64,000 nt of DNA. Origin: the human T2T-CHM13v2.0 reference genome, Homo sapiens. Position 1 is the stretch's first letter; each line of letters starts with the position of its first letter. Below the pieces are notes generated by a model, which saw only the letters and a program-made list of their open reading frames with translations, was not told the DNA's origin and did not search any database. The DNA lies in NCBI RefSeq assembly GCF_009914755.1, contig NC_060926.1. One strand, 5' to 3'. The translations under genes were made by a program, and so were the position numbers. Shown here piece after piece: positions 32,275 through 45,751 of this stretch.

Positions 32275-32626
32275 TGTGGTGTAAAAGCTAAAACCAGGGC
32301 CATCTGGGGAAACCAGGAGGGCCTCCCCTGGCCTGACCGCAAGTCCCTCGCCTCAGTTTGCTTCAGTGGTTCCGCCCCCTACTCAAGCCACTCTTCTCAC
32401 AAATAGGGTCAGGTTTGCGCCCTGCTTGCCCCTGTATAGAGGGCTTCAGCTCTCTGCCAGCCTGCAGAATTATTCAAAAAAATCCAGTCATGACATCCCA
32501 TGGGAACCAGGGCACCACGCCCTCTTATTACTGTAAAGCGGCCTCCCATGGCCCTGCTGCTCCTGCTGTTTCCACGTGCAGCCCCTGTGGCTTCACATAG
32601 CGTGAGGTCTTCCACTCCTGGGCTGT
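32275..32626 (+). mobile_element. ERVL LTR fragment (MER73/MER54-like)
   Basis: CCAGCCTGCAGAATTATTCAAA...GGGAACCAGGG...CCTCTTATTACTGTAAAGC; truncated at an L1 piece. Confidence 0.55.
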
Positions 32627-32931
32627 CTGCTGATTTTTTTCTTTTGCTGTGCAGAAGCTTTTGGTTTAATTAGGTCTCATTTATTTATTTTTGTTTTTGT
32701 TGCATTTGCTTTTGGGGTCTTAGTCATAAGTTCTTTGCCTAGGCCAATGTCCAGGAGGGTTTTTTTCTAGGTTTTCTTCTAGAATTTGTATGGTTTCAGG
32801 CCTTAGATGTAAGTGCTTAATCCATCTTGGGTTAATTTTCATATGTGGTGAAAGGAATCCAGTTTCATTCTTCTACATGTGCCTATCCAATTTTCCCAGA
32901 ACCATTTCTTGAACAGGGTGTTCTTTCCCCA
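32627..32931 (-). mobile_element. L1PB-like ORF2 fragment
   Basis: CTTTTGCTGTGCAGAAGCTTTT...TCTTTGCCTAGGCCAATGTCC. Confidence 0.88.
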
Positions 32932-33134
32932 GTTAAAAAAACAAAACAAAACAACAACAACAAAAACAAACAAAAAACCTTGTGTTTTCTAAAATGCAGA
33001 TCTCTGATCCAAAACACATTGAAGAAAAATAGAGATGTCCTCTCCAAATTTTCTAACATAGTTGCTTTCCATCCTAAAATGGCTGTATTGCTCAAATCCA
33101 GAGGCATTTCCTAGATTTTTTGTCCATCTCTAAA

Positions 33135-33620
33135 CAAAGTGTCTTTCAGGGGCCATATTGTCTTCCTGACACCTTGGAGTCAGACAAAGATGAACAGTGC
33201 CTCCATGTTTGGTAGCTCTCACTACATTTTTGATGTTTGATGACTGACAGCTTCTAAGTCTCACCCCCCTCTCCCCTTTGTGTCCCACAACTGGGCAAGT
33301 TGATAAGAAAACTTCGGTGTTCCTTTCTTTGATGCCAGCAGAAAATTCAAGCAACACAAGCCCCTTCACATACATGGGAAGCCCATGGCCTCAGGCAATG
33401 AACACAGTGGCCTCAGGCTTGAACCACCGTAAAACCCCAAGCCAGGGTCTTTCCCATTCTTTCAAACCATTTTTAGACAAGCTTGGGAGACATCTCCTGC
33501 TCTCCCCTGGAAACCTCGCTTGTAAGTAACACATCTTTTCCCACCCTCTGTTGTGTGTGTAGCATCATCAGCCTCCACATCTGAACCAAGGTATGGGTGG
33601 TGGTGGTGGTGGAGTCTTTC
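33135..33620 (+). mobile_element. ERVL LTR (MER54/LTR42-like), family uncertain
   Basis: CTGGGCAAGTTGATAAGAAA, AAAACCCCAAGCCAG, TGTGTGTGTAGCATCATCAG. Confidence 0.5.
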
Positions 33621-33639
33621 CTTTTTTTGGCAGGGTGGC

Positions 33640-34860
33640 AATAATACACGGGAATTGCTGTGTCTAATTGTAAATGCCTGTTTAACTTTTAAAGAAATTG
33701 CCTGTGTTTCAAGTGGCGATGCCAATTCCATCCCCACAGTCAATATATGAGAGTCCCAATTTTGTCTTGCCAACCCCTATTGTCTTTTTTATTGTGGCCA
33801 CTCTGTGGGAAAATTGTGGTATCACATTCTGGTTTTCATTTGCATTTTCCTAATAGCTCATGATGCCAGGGTCCTCATTAGGTGCTTATTAAGTGTTTGT
33901 ATGGTTTTTTTTTTTGGTTTATTTATTTTTATTAGTTTTTTTTTTGTTTCTTTGTTTTTTTGTTTTTGGTGAAGTTTCTTTTAAATCTTTGGCTCATTAA
34001 AAAAAGTGCTGTTTTTCTTATTATTGAGTTGAAAGGTTCTTCATATTTTCTGGAGCAAAGCCCTTTATCAGGTTTATGATTTTTAAGTATTTGCTTTGAG
34101 TCTTTGGCTTGACTTTTATTTTCATAGGAGTATATTTTGAAATGTAAACATTTTCACTTTTAATAATGTCAAATTCATCAATGTTTTGCTTGTATGGTTG
34201 GTACTTTTACTTCATGCCTGGGAACTCTTTGCCTAAACATAAAAAAAAATCCTATATTTCCTTCTGGAAATTTTATACTGTAAGCTCTTCCATTTAGTTC
34301 TATAATTTAAGTCAATTTTTGTAAATGATGTGAGGCAAGCATCTAATGTTATTCCTAATGCATTTTTTATTATGGTAGAAAACACAAAACATAAAATTTA
34401 TTATGTTAGTCACTTTTAGCTGTACAGTTCAATAGTGTTAAGTATATTCACATTGTTGGAAAACAGAGCTCCAGAACCTTTTCATTTGCAAAACTGAAAC
34501 TCCATACCGGTTCAAAAACAACTCCTCCTTTCCTTCCCCACACAGCCCCTGGTAACCATCATTCTACTTTATCTTTTTATATGTTTTACTATTGTATGCA
34601 CCTCATGTAAGTGGAATAGTATAGTGTGTATCCTTTTGAGTCTGGCTTATTTCCATTAGTACCATGTCTTCAAGATTCATCCATGTTGAAGCATGCTTCA
34701 GACTTTCCTTCCTTTTAAGGCTGAAGAACATTCCATTTTAAAGGGTCCAATTTCATTTTTAACTTTACTTTTGCATATATATATAATTGACTCCTCACAG
34801 CTTTTTGAAAAGACTATTTTGTCCCCATTGAATTTTTTTCACAAATTGTGGGCAATCATA
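33640..34860 (-). mobile_element. L1M (L1MB/MC-like) fragments
   Basis: TTTGCATTTTCCTAATAGCT, CCCCTGGTAACCATCATTCTACTTT, CCTCATGTAAGTGGAAT. Confidence 0.8.
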
Positions 34861-37800
34861 TTTTACTGTGAATGGAAAACTTTATTTCCCAATTGTCTCT
34901 CATTTTGACCTGTACCACAAAGTCTTGATTGGCATTTACTTCCTGATTATGTCACACTTGGGGATACAGTTTTCTGGAAACTGTATTATGGTACAATATT
35001 TTGCAAAACATGTCCCCAACTGTTGTTTCTATGCATATTTCTCTATGAATGGAAGAGAAGGAAAAAAAAAAGCGAGCCCTAGGCCACTAGAGATCAGTAT
35101 GAGTGCTCAGGAGAAATTCTGGTTGTGGAGTTAGCCTTCTTGCTCTGTGGTTTCCAACAGTTTTTCTCGTTTTAACACATTCCACCATTTTTTTTAAATG
35201 GTGCTTTTCCCTGTAACCAATGTTTTAGTTTTCTGCACATTTAATCTACCAGACACTAGACATGAGAATTTTTTTCTCTAATACTTAAATTTTTGTAAAA
35301 TGTATTTTGTCTCTACTATGAAATAAATATGTAAATATATATTTTCCAAAATGCTAACCAACATTAAATTACTTGAAACATTTGATCTTACAGTCTATTT
35401 TTATTATATTAAGTTCTTACATATCAAGGCCTATTTTGGGGTTGTTTTTGGTGTGTATTCTCTATAAATCCAGTCTTATGGTTGTGCTAGTCTTATTTAA
35501 CTTTGCACTTTTCTGACTTTTTTGAATACCAGATGAAGCTTACCCCTTTAGCTTTTTTCAACTATTTTTTTTTTAGTTTAGATTTTAAAGTAGTTTTCTC
35601 TAATTCCTATGGTATATCCAAAAGCCATATTACTCTAATAATAAAATTTAAGAACACATTGACAAAATTCTAATAACCAAAGTTAAGAACAAATTAACGC
35701 ATTGAACTTTCTTCCACACATTTTACTTCATCTGCTCTGCTCAATACTTTGAATTAATTGACTTTTTTTCTTTATTTAATCATAAATTGTACTTTGACAT
35801 TTTCTTGATGTCCCTATAGAGCCATTTAATAGTATTTTGGGAAAGGCATATCAAGCTGTGTTACTTCAGTCTCTCATGTCCCTCACTGGCATATTAAAAT
35901 TATGTTCTGCGCTACTGGATGACTTATTTCCTAAATCCCAGACTCTTTATCTTATTCATATTTATATCCCTGTCAGAGATCTCTGTCCAGCTCACAATTC
36001 TTGTTTGTAATATTGAATTACAGCAAAGTCTGAGATAGCTACAAAACTCGGACTGATATGAGCAGAGCACAAGAGCCTTTCTGGAAGTGGCAACCTATGA
36101 GCTGAGTTCCGAAGGGTGAGTAGGAGTTGGCCACACACAGAGAGTACGGCGCAAGCACTCTTGGGAGACAGAACAGCATGGTCAAAGCCGAGGAACCTCT
36201 TTCAAGATTCTTGGACATTAGGGTACAGTAAGAACAGTAAAAGAACAGGTTAAAAAGCAGGTCTTGATGGACCCTTAGGTCATGCTGAGAAGTTTAGACT
36301 CATCTGAAGTCAGTAAGATGTCTCCACAAATTTTAAAGAGGCATGAAATGGTCATATTTCATTTAAAATATTATTTTTTCCACAGTATTGTGAATGAATT
36401 AGAAAGACTCAAATAGAAACAGAGGCAGAGAAATAATTTTCACAGCTGTTACCATAATTCAGACATGGTGATTAATGAGTTTTATATTTTAATTGAATAA
36501 AATGATAGATATACTTGTAATGAGAGCCAAATCATTGCCACTGTTTTCAAAAACTGTGATCCCCATGGTTGATGCCAACCACAGCATTCTGACGAGCCAT
36601 TGCTCCTGAATAGATTGTCACATTAACACGTCTTATGTGGTCCAGGCCATGGTTCTGAGCAAATAGGAAACAGGCTGAATCAAATTGTAATTGCAGGGGT
36701 GAGATAAAGATTTTTATCTTCCTGACAGCAAGGTGAAAGCCATGTCAATCCTTGTGTAAACAAATGATCATACTGTCTGAGCATGCAACCACTTCTGAAA
36801 GTGTTTTCATATATGACAAAAATGCATATCTATCTTTAGTTACGGTATTTTTATGAGAGTGAATTTGGTCAGTCTTCATTCCGGGAGAGAAACAACAGAA
36901 AACAATGACTGTCTAGGAGGGATTTTCTGATTCTTAGTTCCCTTAGAGATAAGGAAAAAATGGCGCCGGGTGTCAGGTCACTTTGCTAGAGTCATGGAGT
37001 AGCCCAGCTTTGAGACTAAAAGCATAGTCACTGCTTTCAGGGGGTTCCTATTTCAAACCACACTTCCCTCATTGCTCAGCAAGTGTGCTGTGTGAGACGA
37101 GTTGCTTTTCCTCTGAGCATAGGTATAACAATGCCGTTATCAAAAGGCTGTCTGTAAGATTACAGAGAATGTTGTAGCAATCACTTACAACACAGTCTGG
37201 TATACGGTGAGTGCTAAATACATGATCACTGTTATAGTTTTAAACATGGCTAGAGAGTTTTCTGTTGGAATGAGAACGTGGGTTTGACGTACATTAAGGC
37301 TGTTCTTATTTCACTGTATTGATCATCTCTTTCCTAGAAGCTACAGTGATTTTAAAGGTGCACTGATTTATTTTTCTTCCTGCATTAACTGATTTGATCA
37401 TAGTTAGAGTAAGCTTTATCTGGTAGATTTTAATAAAATCTTATAGTGTTGTCTGATAAAAATATATTATTGTGTGACGTGTATACCTTGCAGTCAGGAT
37501 GAGTAAAGTATATATTTTCTTCTCTTTCCTTTGGGATACGTTTATCCTTTAAGTATGAAAATTGCACAACATTTGGCCCTAAAATCATGCATCATGAAGG
37601 ATTTAGTAGGAAAATAAATTTGGACAAGTTTATTACTATGGAATCTAAAAAGATCATGTTGTTTTTTTCCCCATTCACTCCCCAACCTGATTTACATTTC
37701 ATACATGCTACAAAAAAAATGTATTTTCATTGGTTCATCTATCTATTCACCCATTCACTTATTTATCCATCCATTCATTCAACCCTTTATTTGACAATCA

Positions 37801-38411
37801 TTAAGTGAGAGCATATCATACATACAAACAAGAAATATAATCCAGAAATTAAAAATAATACCTCCTTTTAGGGGTTGGGAAAGAGATCTATCCACCCAAC
37901 ATTTTAATAAAGTCATACATGTTCTTTGATGGAAGTCTTTGCAGTTACCAATCTCTGGGGTAGGAGAAGCAGAGATGGGTGTTGACTAGGCAACCATAAA
38001 CATCAGGTTGGTGAGAAGAGGTAACAAAAGCATTTCTGGAGCAGGTACAAAATACTCCATAATCATCTGGCATATTTGAAGAACTTCAGATGGTTCTAAA
38101 TAGGTGGAACTTAGGGTATTCATTCCTGGGACTCTCATAATGCTTAGCTAGGCAATTGAATATATCCCGGCAACCAAGCCAATGAAGGGACTTAATTGAA
38201 GACTAACCTTTTCAAATTTGAATTTACACAACTAAGGAATTCACTTTGTTTTTTTATAAAGGGGTTATCATTACAGTTTTGATCAGCACTGATGTCCTTA
38301 TGAGCTGAGCTAATATCCACAAATGTCCATTAGCACAAATCTATTCCTCAGAAGTTCTCTTCAACTCAAATGGTCTCACGAGAGGGGTGATTTCCTGTGA
38401 GGGTAAAATGA

Positions 38412-38804
<393 letters not shown>

Positions 38805-40309
38805 TAAACGCAAGTTTTAAATATTTTTAAATGGGAGAAATTACCATGTGTGAAATGTCACCCCAAACTCCCAGTATTCTTATGAGGTATGATCAGCCCT
38901 TTTTGATATAAGTAGGTGAGTGAAGTTTAAGTAGTTTGTCCAATTTGGAGAGCTAAGAGTGTGGGATCTGGGTGTTCGGGCTGAGTCTAACGTTAGGGTT
39001 GATGGTCTCCAGGCTATGTGGTAAGGTTTTTTTCCACTTTTTCTACTGATCAGAAAATCAAGCACCCTTAAGATTTTTAGATTATGGTTCATATAACAAC
39101 ACAGAGTCTCCCTCTTGGGTTTCCTGTGAAAATGTAAGTTTACAAAGGAGTTTGACCACAGTGGCATCTTGTTTATGTTTTCCCTAATTCAATAGCCCCA
39201 TTTTCACAAGAAGGCAACTCATAGTTATGTGCAAATCTAATTGACTCTCACTCTTTTAAAGGTGGTTTGAGTTTTCTAAGCTGGGAAAGTAACTGAAAAA
39301 GATTTATGTAGCTGCTTAAAACAGCAAATTTTCACATTACGAATTATCTCCCACTTGCTTAGTTTACCAAATAGGAGCTTCAGTCACGTAAAGCCTTGAA
39401 GAAATTTATTCGGTAAGCTTGTAAATAAGATTTGTATGGCAAAAATATCACACATTTGGTGCCTAATTGTCCCACTAGACCCTTGGTATCTAGTACACCG
39501 TAATGAGCTGGGTTGAACATAGCCACCTGTCTCAGGTTAATGCTCTAAGATTGTGTCACCAGCAGGCAGAAATTAGGTTGGCATCTTCTCCTATGTTGTA
39601 ATTCTGTTGAGCAGGTTTTGCTGTGGAAGGTTTGATATTCAAAAACAAAGATAAATGTTTTCCTCCTTCTCAGGCAGTACACTTTAGATCTGATGAGAGT
39701 CCAAGTGTCTATTAAGCACAAATAATAAATTTTAATGAAGCATAACTTTACCAATTATAGTTTTCTCTCACTTTCTGACACTTTTTTTTAAACATATATA
39801 GGCATTGCCCTTAAGAACCTTGAAAATGGCATCTCCTTGGACCAATAATGATAATGCTGTAATGTCCAAGAAAAGAATCCCTTTGTTTATTACACATGAC
39901 TCGATTCTGAACTTATTAGTTAATTCAACAGAAACTTACTGGGTACCTAGCACATGCCAGGCCCAGACCCACATGCAACAAGCAAAACATATAAAGCCTG
40001 TGCCTTTATTGGGCTTACATTTTACTGGGAGAGAGAAGTCAAAAATACACAGAAAATGAACAAACACAGAACTGAAGGCACAATTATTAAAGTAAAATAC
40101 AAGGTAGACATTTGTGAAATTGATCATTGTGAAAAGCACATGGAATTTTACAATATACAAATTGTGTGTGTGTGTGTGTGTGTGAATAAATCTCCCACCA
40201 TAAGGAAGGAATTCCGAGAAGCAATATGTTTTACAAGAGCAGGAAAATAAGCCTTTTCTTTGGAAAACGTCACTCTTTAAACCTCATAAAATATTAAAAT
40301 AACGATATG

Positions 40310-40558
40310 GCTGATAGTTATTAGGTATGCGTTATGTGCCAATGTTTGTTCCATGTGCTTCACATTTATATATATTGACACAATTGATCCCCACTACAAC
40401 CTTCAAAGTAAGCGCTTTTATTATCCTCACTTTGTAGCCGAGGAAACCGTGGCAGGGAGGGCTGGATGACGTTCCCAAGTCCACACAGTTCTTTAATGGC
40501 AAAACAGCATTCAAGTCCAGGCAGTCTGGCTCCAGAGTCCACACTCTTAACTACCACA
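40310..40558 (-). mobile_element. MIR
   Basis: TTATTATCCTCACTTTGTAGCCGAGGAAACCG...ATTCAAGTCCAGGCAGTCTGGCTCCAGAGTCC. More decayed MIR/L2 pieces near 2460-2800, 4260-4450, 8920-9160, 12720-13230, 26000, 27200, 36040-36470, 37010-37240, 57870-58060 and 63000. Confidence 0.85.
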
Positions 40559-43500
40559 GCAGACCATACAGGGTTTCTTTATAGAGGCATTCTTTAGTTT
40601 TTCTTACTTAAGAAGACACAAATAAGAAACCAAAAGCCATTCCACCAGAGAAGGCTGTAGGCCCGGATTATTTAGACCAAAATAATCAGAAACCTGTATT
40701 TAAAAAAAATCAACAAGGAAACCTGACAGTGCTATTAAGTATATGATGAACAAATAAAAAAAAAATTCTCTGTGTCCAGCCGTGGAGACTTCAATGCTAC
40801 TCCCGTAAATGTGGTTCTTCTTGAAATGCGTGGCCCTTCCCAACACTTCTTTCTTCCCCCAACGGGATGAAATGCCATCCAAGTGCTGCTGGTTTGGTAG
40901 CTCTGCTGACCTAGACTTGGGCCACCTCCCAGATGTTCAAGGCACTGAGGGTGCGCACTGGGCTCTCCTGCAGGGCAAGTCCAGGAGCGGCTTCCAGATA
41001 TTTTCAGTGAAACTTCGCAGCCTCTGGTATTGTTGCTCACCTTACGTGGTATCAGACGAAACACGGTCCCTAAACCCAATCCTCCCATCTACACACAGGA
41101 GTCCACACCACGGGCATTCATACCTTTCCCCATAGGGGTTCCTTTGCTTTGAGCCCCTTTCTCCCGTTTTGCTTCTCTTTTGGCTACCTCCTAAGTATCT
41201 GAAAATCATCAACTTATGTATAATTTCCTCCAGGAAGTCTTCTTGACCTTGTGGGTCTTGATCAGTTGTCCCTTTTCTGACCCTCAAAATTTTCTATGAA
41301 TTCCTCTCTCCTGATCCTGATCATATTTTATTATAGGTATTTGTCCACATGGTTACCTTACATTTGTAAAGTCATTTGTAAAGTCAAGGTGGTAGTCATT
41401 CTACTTTGGTCTCTTTAGCACCTAGCATAGTGAGTGCCTAGGGGTTGGGCTGACTTTTCTGCTGATGTTTTAGCAAAGCACACTCCAGTAAAACAAACAA
41501 AATAATTTCAAAATTCATCTTTATGTTTGAGAGTGACCCTTTCTCGGAGGTTATATTTGCTTTTCATTTCCCATTTCCATAACCCTGCCAAGGGTAGAAT
41601 CTTTGAGCATCCTTGAGGAATTGATCATCACTTGATTCAGTATCTGTGTGGAGACATGAGAGCTCTTTCATTCACCAGGCATCATCATGAGCCCTGGGGA
41701 TCTTTTTGGATCCTACTCAACCCAAAGGTGCAGAGCTGAGATGTCCCCCAAGGGCCTCAATCCTCTGGGGCCTCGTTTTTTTGATAGAATCACCCACATG
41801 GTAAGAGGAACAGAACACTTTTTCATCCCCCAGGAAACTCGGGGAGCTTTCCCTCTTTCTTTCATTGCTTGCTTCTGCTAAAGTTATAACTCCCGCTCTG
41901 CATTCCATCTCCTGCAAATGTATACTATCTATATACATATTATATATATATGTACATATACACATATTAATTTCTGACACCACTAGTATCAGACATTGAA
42001 GTTGTGTGAAATCTTTTACAACTATATATCAATGCTCCATGAGCATTCTATCTGATCATTTACTTCTCTGAACAAATTTGCTTAGCCTGGATTCCTATAA
42101 GTAAAATTATTGGATAAAAAGCCGTGAACAGTTAAAATGATAACCTCTTGATGTATATCAGCAACTTTCCTTCCAAAATGCTTAAGAAAATCATTTTAAA
42201 AGTCTCTGCATCAGGGCTTGATGACACCTACCTTTGTGCACCTTCAGTACTATGAATAGGATTTTGTTTTGCATAGCTTTGATTAATGGTGGATTAAGTG
42301 TTTTTTTATACTTATTGACTGTAACATTTTTGGATATTTACTATATGTATCATTTGTCTGTTTTTCTATTGGCATTTTTAAAGAGCTATTTACCTTTTTA
42401 AATATTTTTTTCTCTAAATGCTAATGGAAAATATTTCCAGTTTCCTTTTTATTTGGTGTTTGCTTTTATTATTATTATTTAGTGCTTTACTTTTTCTTTT
42501 GGAATCTATACATAATTTCCTTTTCTTTTGTGAGCTCACTTGTTATTTTACGCTTGGTCATTGTATCTCGTTCCTGATCTGACTTGCTTAATAAGTCATC
42601 AATACATGGCTTGGGTTTGGATTGAAAGAAGCTGGATCCGCTTTAAAGATGTGATATTATTGAGAAATATTTTTATACACCCATCTTGACAATTTAATTA
42701 TTCATCATTTTTGAGATCTTCTATTCTCACGTTCAATTGTAACACACTGTACTAAATGTGAAAATATAAGGTTGGAATAAAGATTCTGTGAGAAAATTAC
42801 TGTGCACAGCTTTTAGACAATGCATTTTCAATGTAGGAGAGAGATGAAGGTTTCACAAAGTAAGGATGCCAACTCTGTTTCTGTGTATGTTCCATTTAGA
42901 TTGAAGCCATAGCAGTTGTTGTGCATTCTAGCCTCCTTAGAGTTTATCAATATTGTGCAGCTGTTGCCTTGCCTAAAGAAAGTGCCAAGAGGAAATAATG
43001 AGATCGTACAGAATCCCGATAAGCAAAAACTTGCAAGGCAGAATCAGAGCTAAGAAAATGAAGGAAAAAAAAAAGAAAGAGCCAAAGTTCCAGGAAGTCT
43101 TATTTCTTGTTCGTATAACGTTACCCTAAATGTTTTGCCTTAAAATTTTTCTTTGAACAATTGTCCTGTCTGTAATATGCCAAAAACTAAGTCTGTTTCT
43201 TTCAAGAGCTGGCACCACACTGATAATTTGTAAGTACAAAGTACGCAACTGCAATTCCTGCAGTTTCACCCTGAACTTGAACTAAAGACGTCTTTGATTG
43301 GCATGAATGTGGTGCCAAGCAAGGAGACTCCACTAATACTGAGGGGAAAAAAAACAGACGAGTCTTCTTCATTCTTGAATAAACATACCATTCAATTCAC
43401 GTAAAGGCAAGTTAATTTCAGAAAGGTTCACTTCTGTTTTCTTGAGATAACAAGATGCAAAGCATTTACTTAAACTCGGATAGTCGATAAAATTCTTCAG

Positions 43501-45716
43501 ACATTATCATCATTGGCTGTGTATCTTTTAAACTTAACATATTCAAATAGAATGCTTTTTTGGTTATTTGTAAAACTCATCTTTGCTGTACCTTTTGAGA
43601 ACAAGTATGGAATCATTGCTTTTCCCATTTAACATTTGTTAAGTTTGACTGAATCATTGGTAAAACAGTTTCCTTGTGTAAGATAATGAAAATCCTGGAC
43701 TACTACCTTTAGCTTCTTATTAAAGAATGTTTTCTCTAACCCTCTTTGAAATTAAAACATGCATAAAAATACATTTTACATGTCAACCTGATTTCATATT
43801 AGTATATATGTTAATAATTATTTGATAATTATTATTTGATTAGCCAAACGCCATGAGAAAGTCTCAGTAAAGAACATTTTGGAAAAAGCAGTTTCATATA
43901 TATACGCATCACACATTTGTATGAAGTATTTCCTGTGGTTAGTAGCATTGCACTCATCAAAACTCATAGAACCTTATGATTTTAAGACATTTTGAGCTCT
44001 CTCATAACACTTGTAGATAAAAACAAAAATCATTAAAGCATAATTCATGCCTGAGATGCTAAATAAATACTTGGTTTGGTTTTGACTGTAAAATTATTGA
44101 GCAAATGGATTAACAGGACAATGTACTCTAAAGTTTAGAATAGTAATACTAGGTGAAATTGACTAAATGTATAAAAGAGAAAAATAAGATGAATGAAAGC
44201 AATATTACTTTAGAAGCAGCTGGTTAAATTATGGAACTGACTTGTACAAAGTGTCATCTTTTCATTTTTCTTCTCTTTGGTTTTCTTTTCCCTTGAGGCT
44301 GAACAGTATCAGCAAATCTAACATGGTTTTGGAGTATAAGGACTAGCCTTTGCATGACCCAGTCCAAATATACTAGAGAAGTATTTTTGTGGACTCATAG
44401 TAAAATGGTACTTTATTCCCACTTCAATACTCTTCTCTAAATTACAGATCCCTTGATACCTGGAAAACTGAAAGAGTCAAATGTCTGGTCAGACTTTGGA
44501 CTTCTTTTTCTGGTCCCTGGCCATAACAAGCCACAGGCTTACTCCTAATACTACAGAAAAAAAATATTCATTTGAAATATTTTGATTATTTCTTTATATA
44601 AAATCAAATTTTACCTTTTTATACACACTGAGGGTATTCTGGGGACATGCGTAACTTTTAACAAGAATATTGTTGATACCAATCACCCTTCCTCTGAGAG
44701 TCTCTGTCTGCCACCCAGAATTCTGACTAGAGGTATTATTATTACTAGACATGTCTTTCTTGCATTTTTGGAGCCATATTCTTGAACACATATTTTTATC
44801 TGAAGGTATTTCCTGCTTAGAGACAGCCTGGTATGTGAAATAGGATATTTTAAAACTAGAGTGGTACTGGTATTGCAAAATGAATTTTCATGCACAAAAG
44901 CAATTGCCATCAAGTCTCCTCTGAAGTCTTTTGAAGTCTCTCCTAAGACATTTAGAACTCTCCCACTCACTTGCCCTGAGGACTTCTAATTTCTGAATGG
45001 AAACTCAACTCCTAGAGTGTCGTAATGTAAATTGTACACCATGGGGTTTACGTAAATGCCAACTGAATGAAAAAGAAAGATGACAGAAAATAAGAACAGT
45101 TCTAGTTATTTCAATGCTTATTTACTGTCAATTCTACCCTACTTTTAAATGCAGTATCTCAAATACTATCAAAAATGATCAGAAATATGAAAAAAGAAAG
45201 ATAATGTGGTCCATAGTGAAAAGTCAATAAACTGGTGAATCAGACCCCTAAACAAGCCAGATGTTACAAGAAATCGAAAAAATGAGTGGAGAAATCAGAG
45301 ACATCAGGAGAGATTTGGAAGCTGCCTAATAGAAACTGCCATCCTACAACTGAAAGACACACCTCTGAAAAACAAGAACAACAACAAAAAACTCAATGGA
45401 TGCGATTAATAACACATGCGATCCACAGGAGGAAGGATCAGTTACTTTGAGGAAAGATCACTAGACATTATTCTAAATAAAGGAAAGTGAGAACAAATTG
45501 AAAATAAATCAATAATACAAAATAAAATAAAACTGAGCATCAGCAGCAGCCTGCAAGTTAATATTGAGTACTCTGATGTTGGAGTCCCAGTAATGAAGGA
45601 GAGAGAAAATGGGGTGAAAAATATTTGAGGAATCTTGCCTGCAGTTTTCCAAATTGATTGAAAAATTAGTGAGCCACTGACATGGGAAGCTCCGCACATT
45701 TGAGAGAGCATTAACA

Positions 45717-45718
<2 letters not shown>

Positions 45719-45748
<30 letters not shown>
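45719..45748. repeat. (AC)15 microsatellite
   Basis: Perfect run. Confidence 0.97.

Positions 45749-45751
<3 letters not shown>

Noticed and set aside
41361-41386. CATTTGTAAAGT tandem duplication, and similar ones near 7750-7800 and 27040-27110
   Set aside because: Ordinary slippage micro-duplications.
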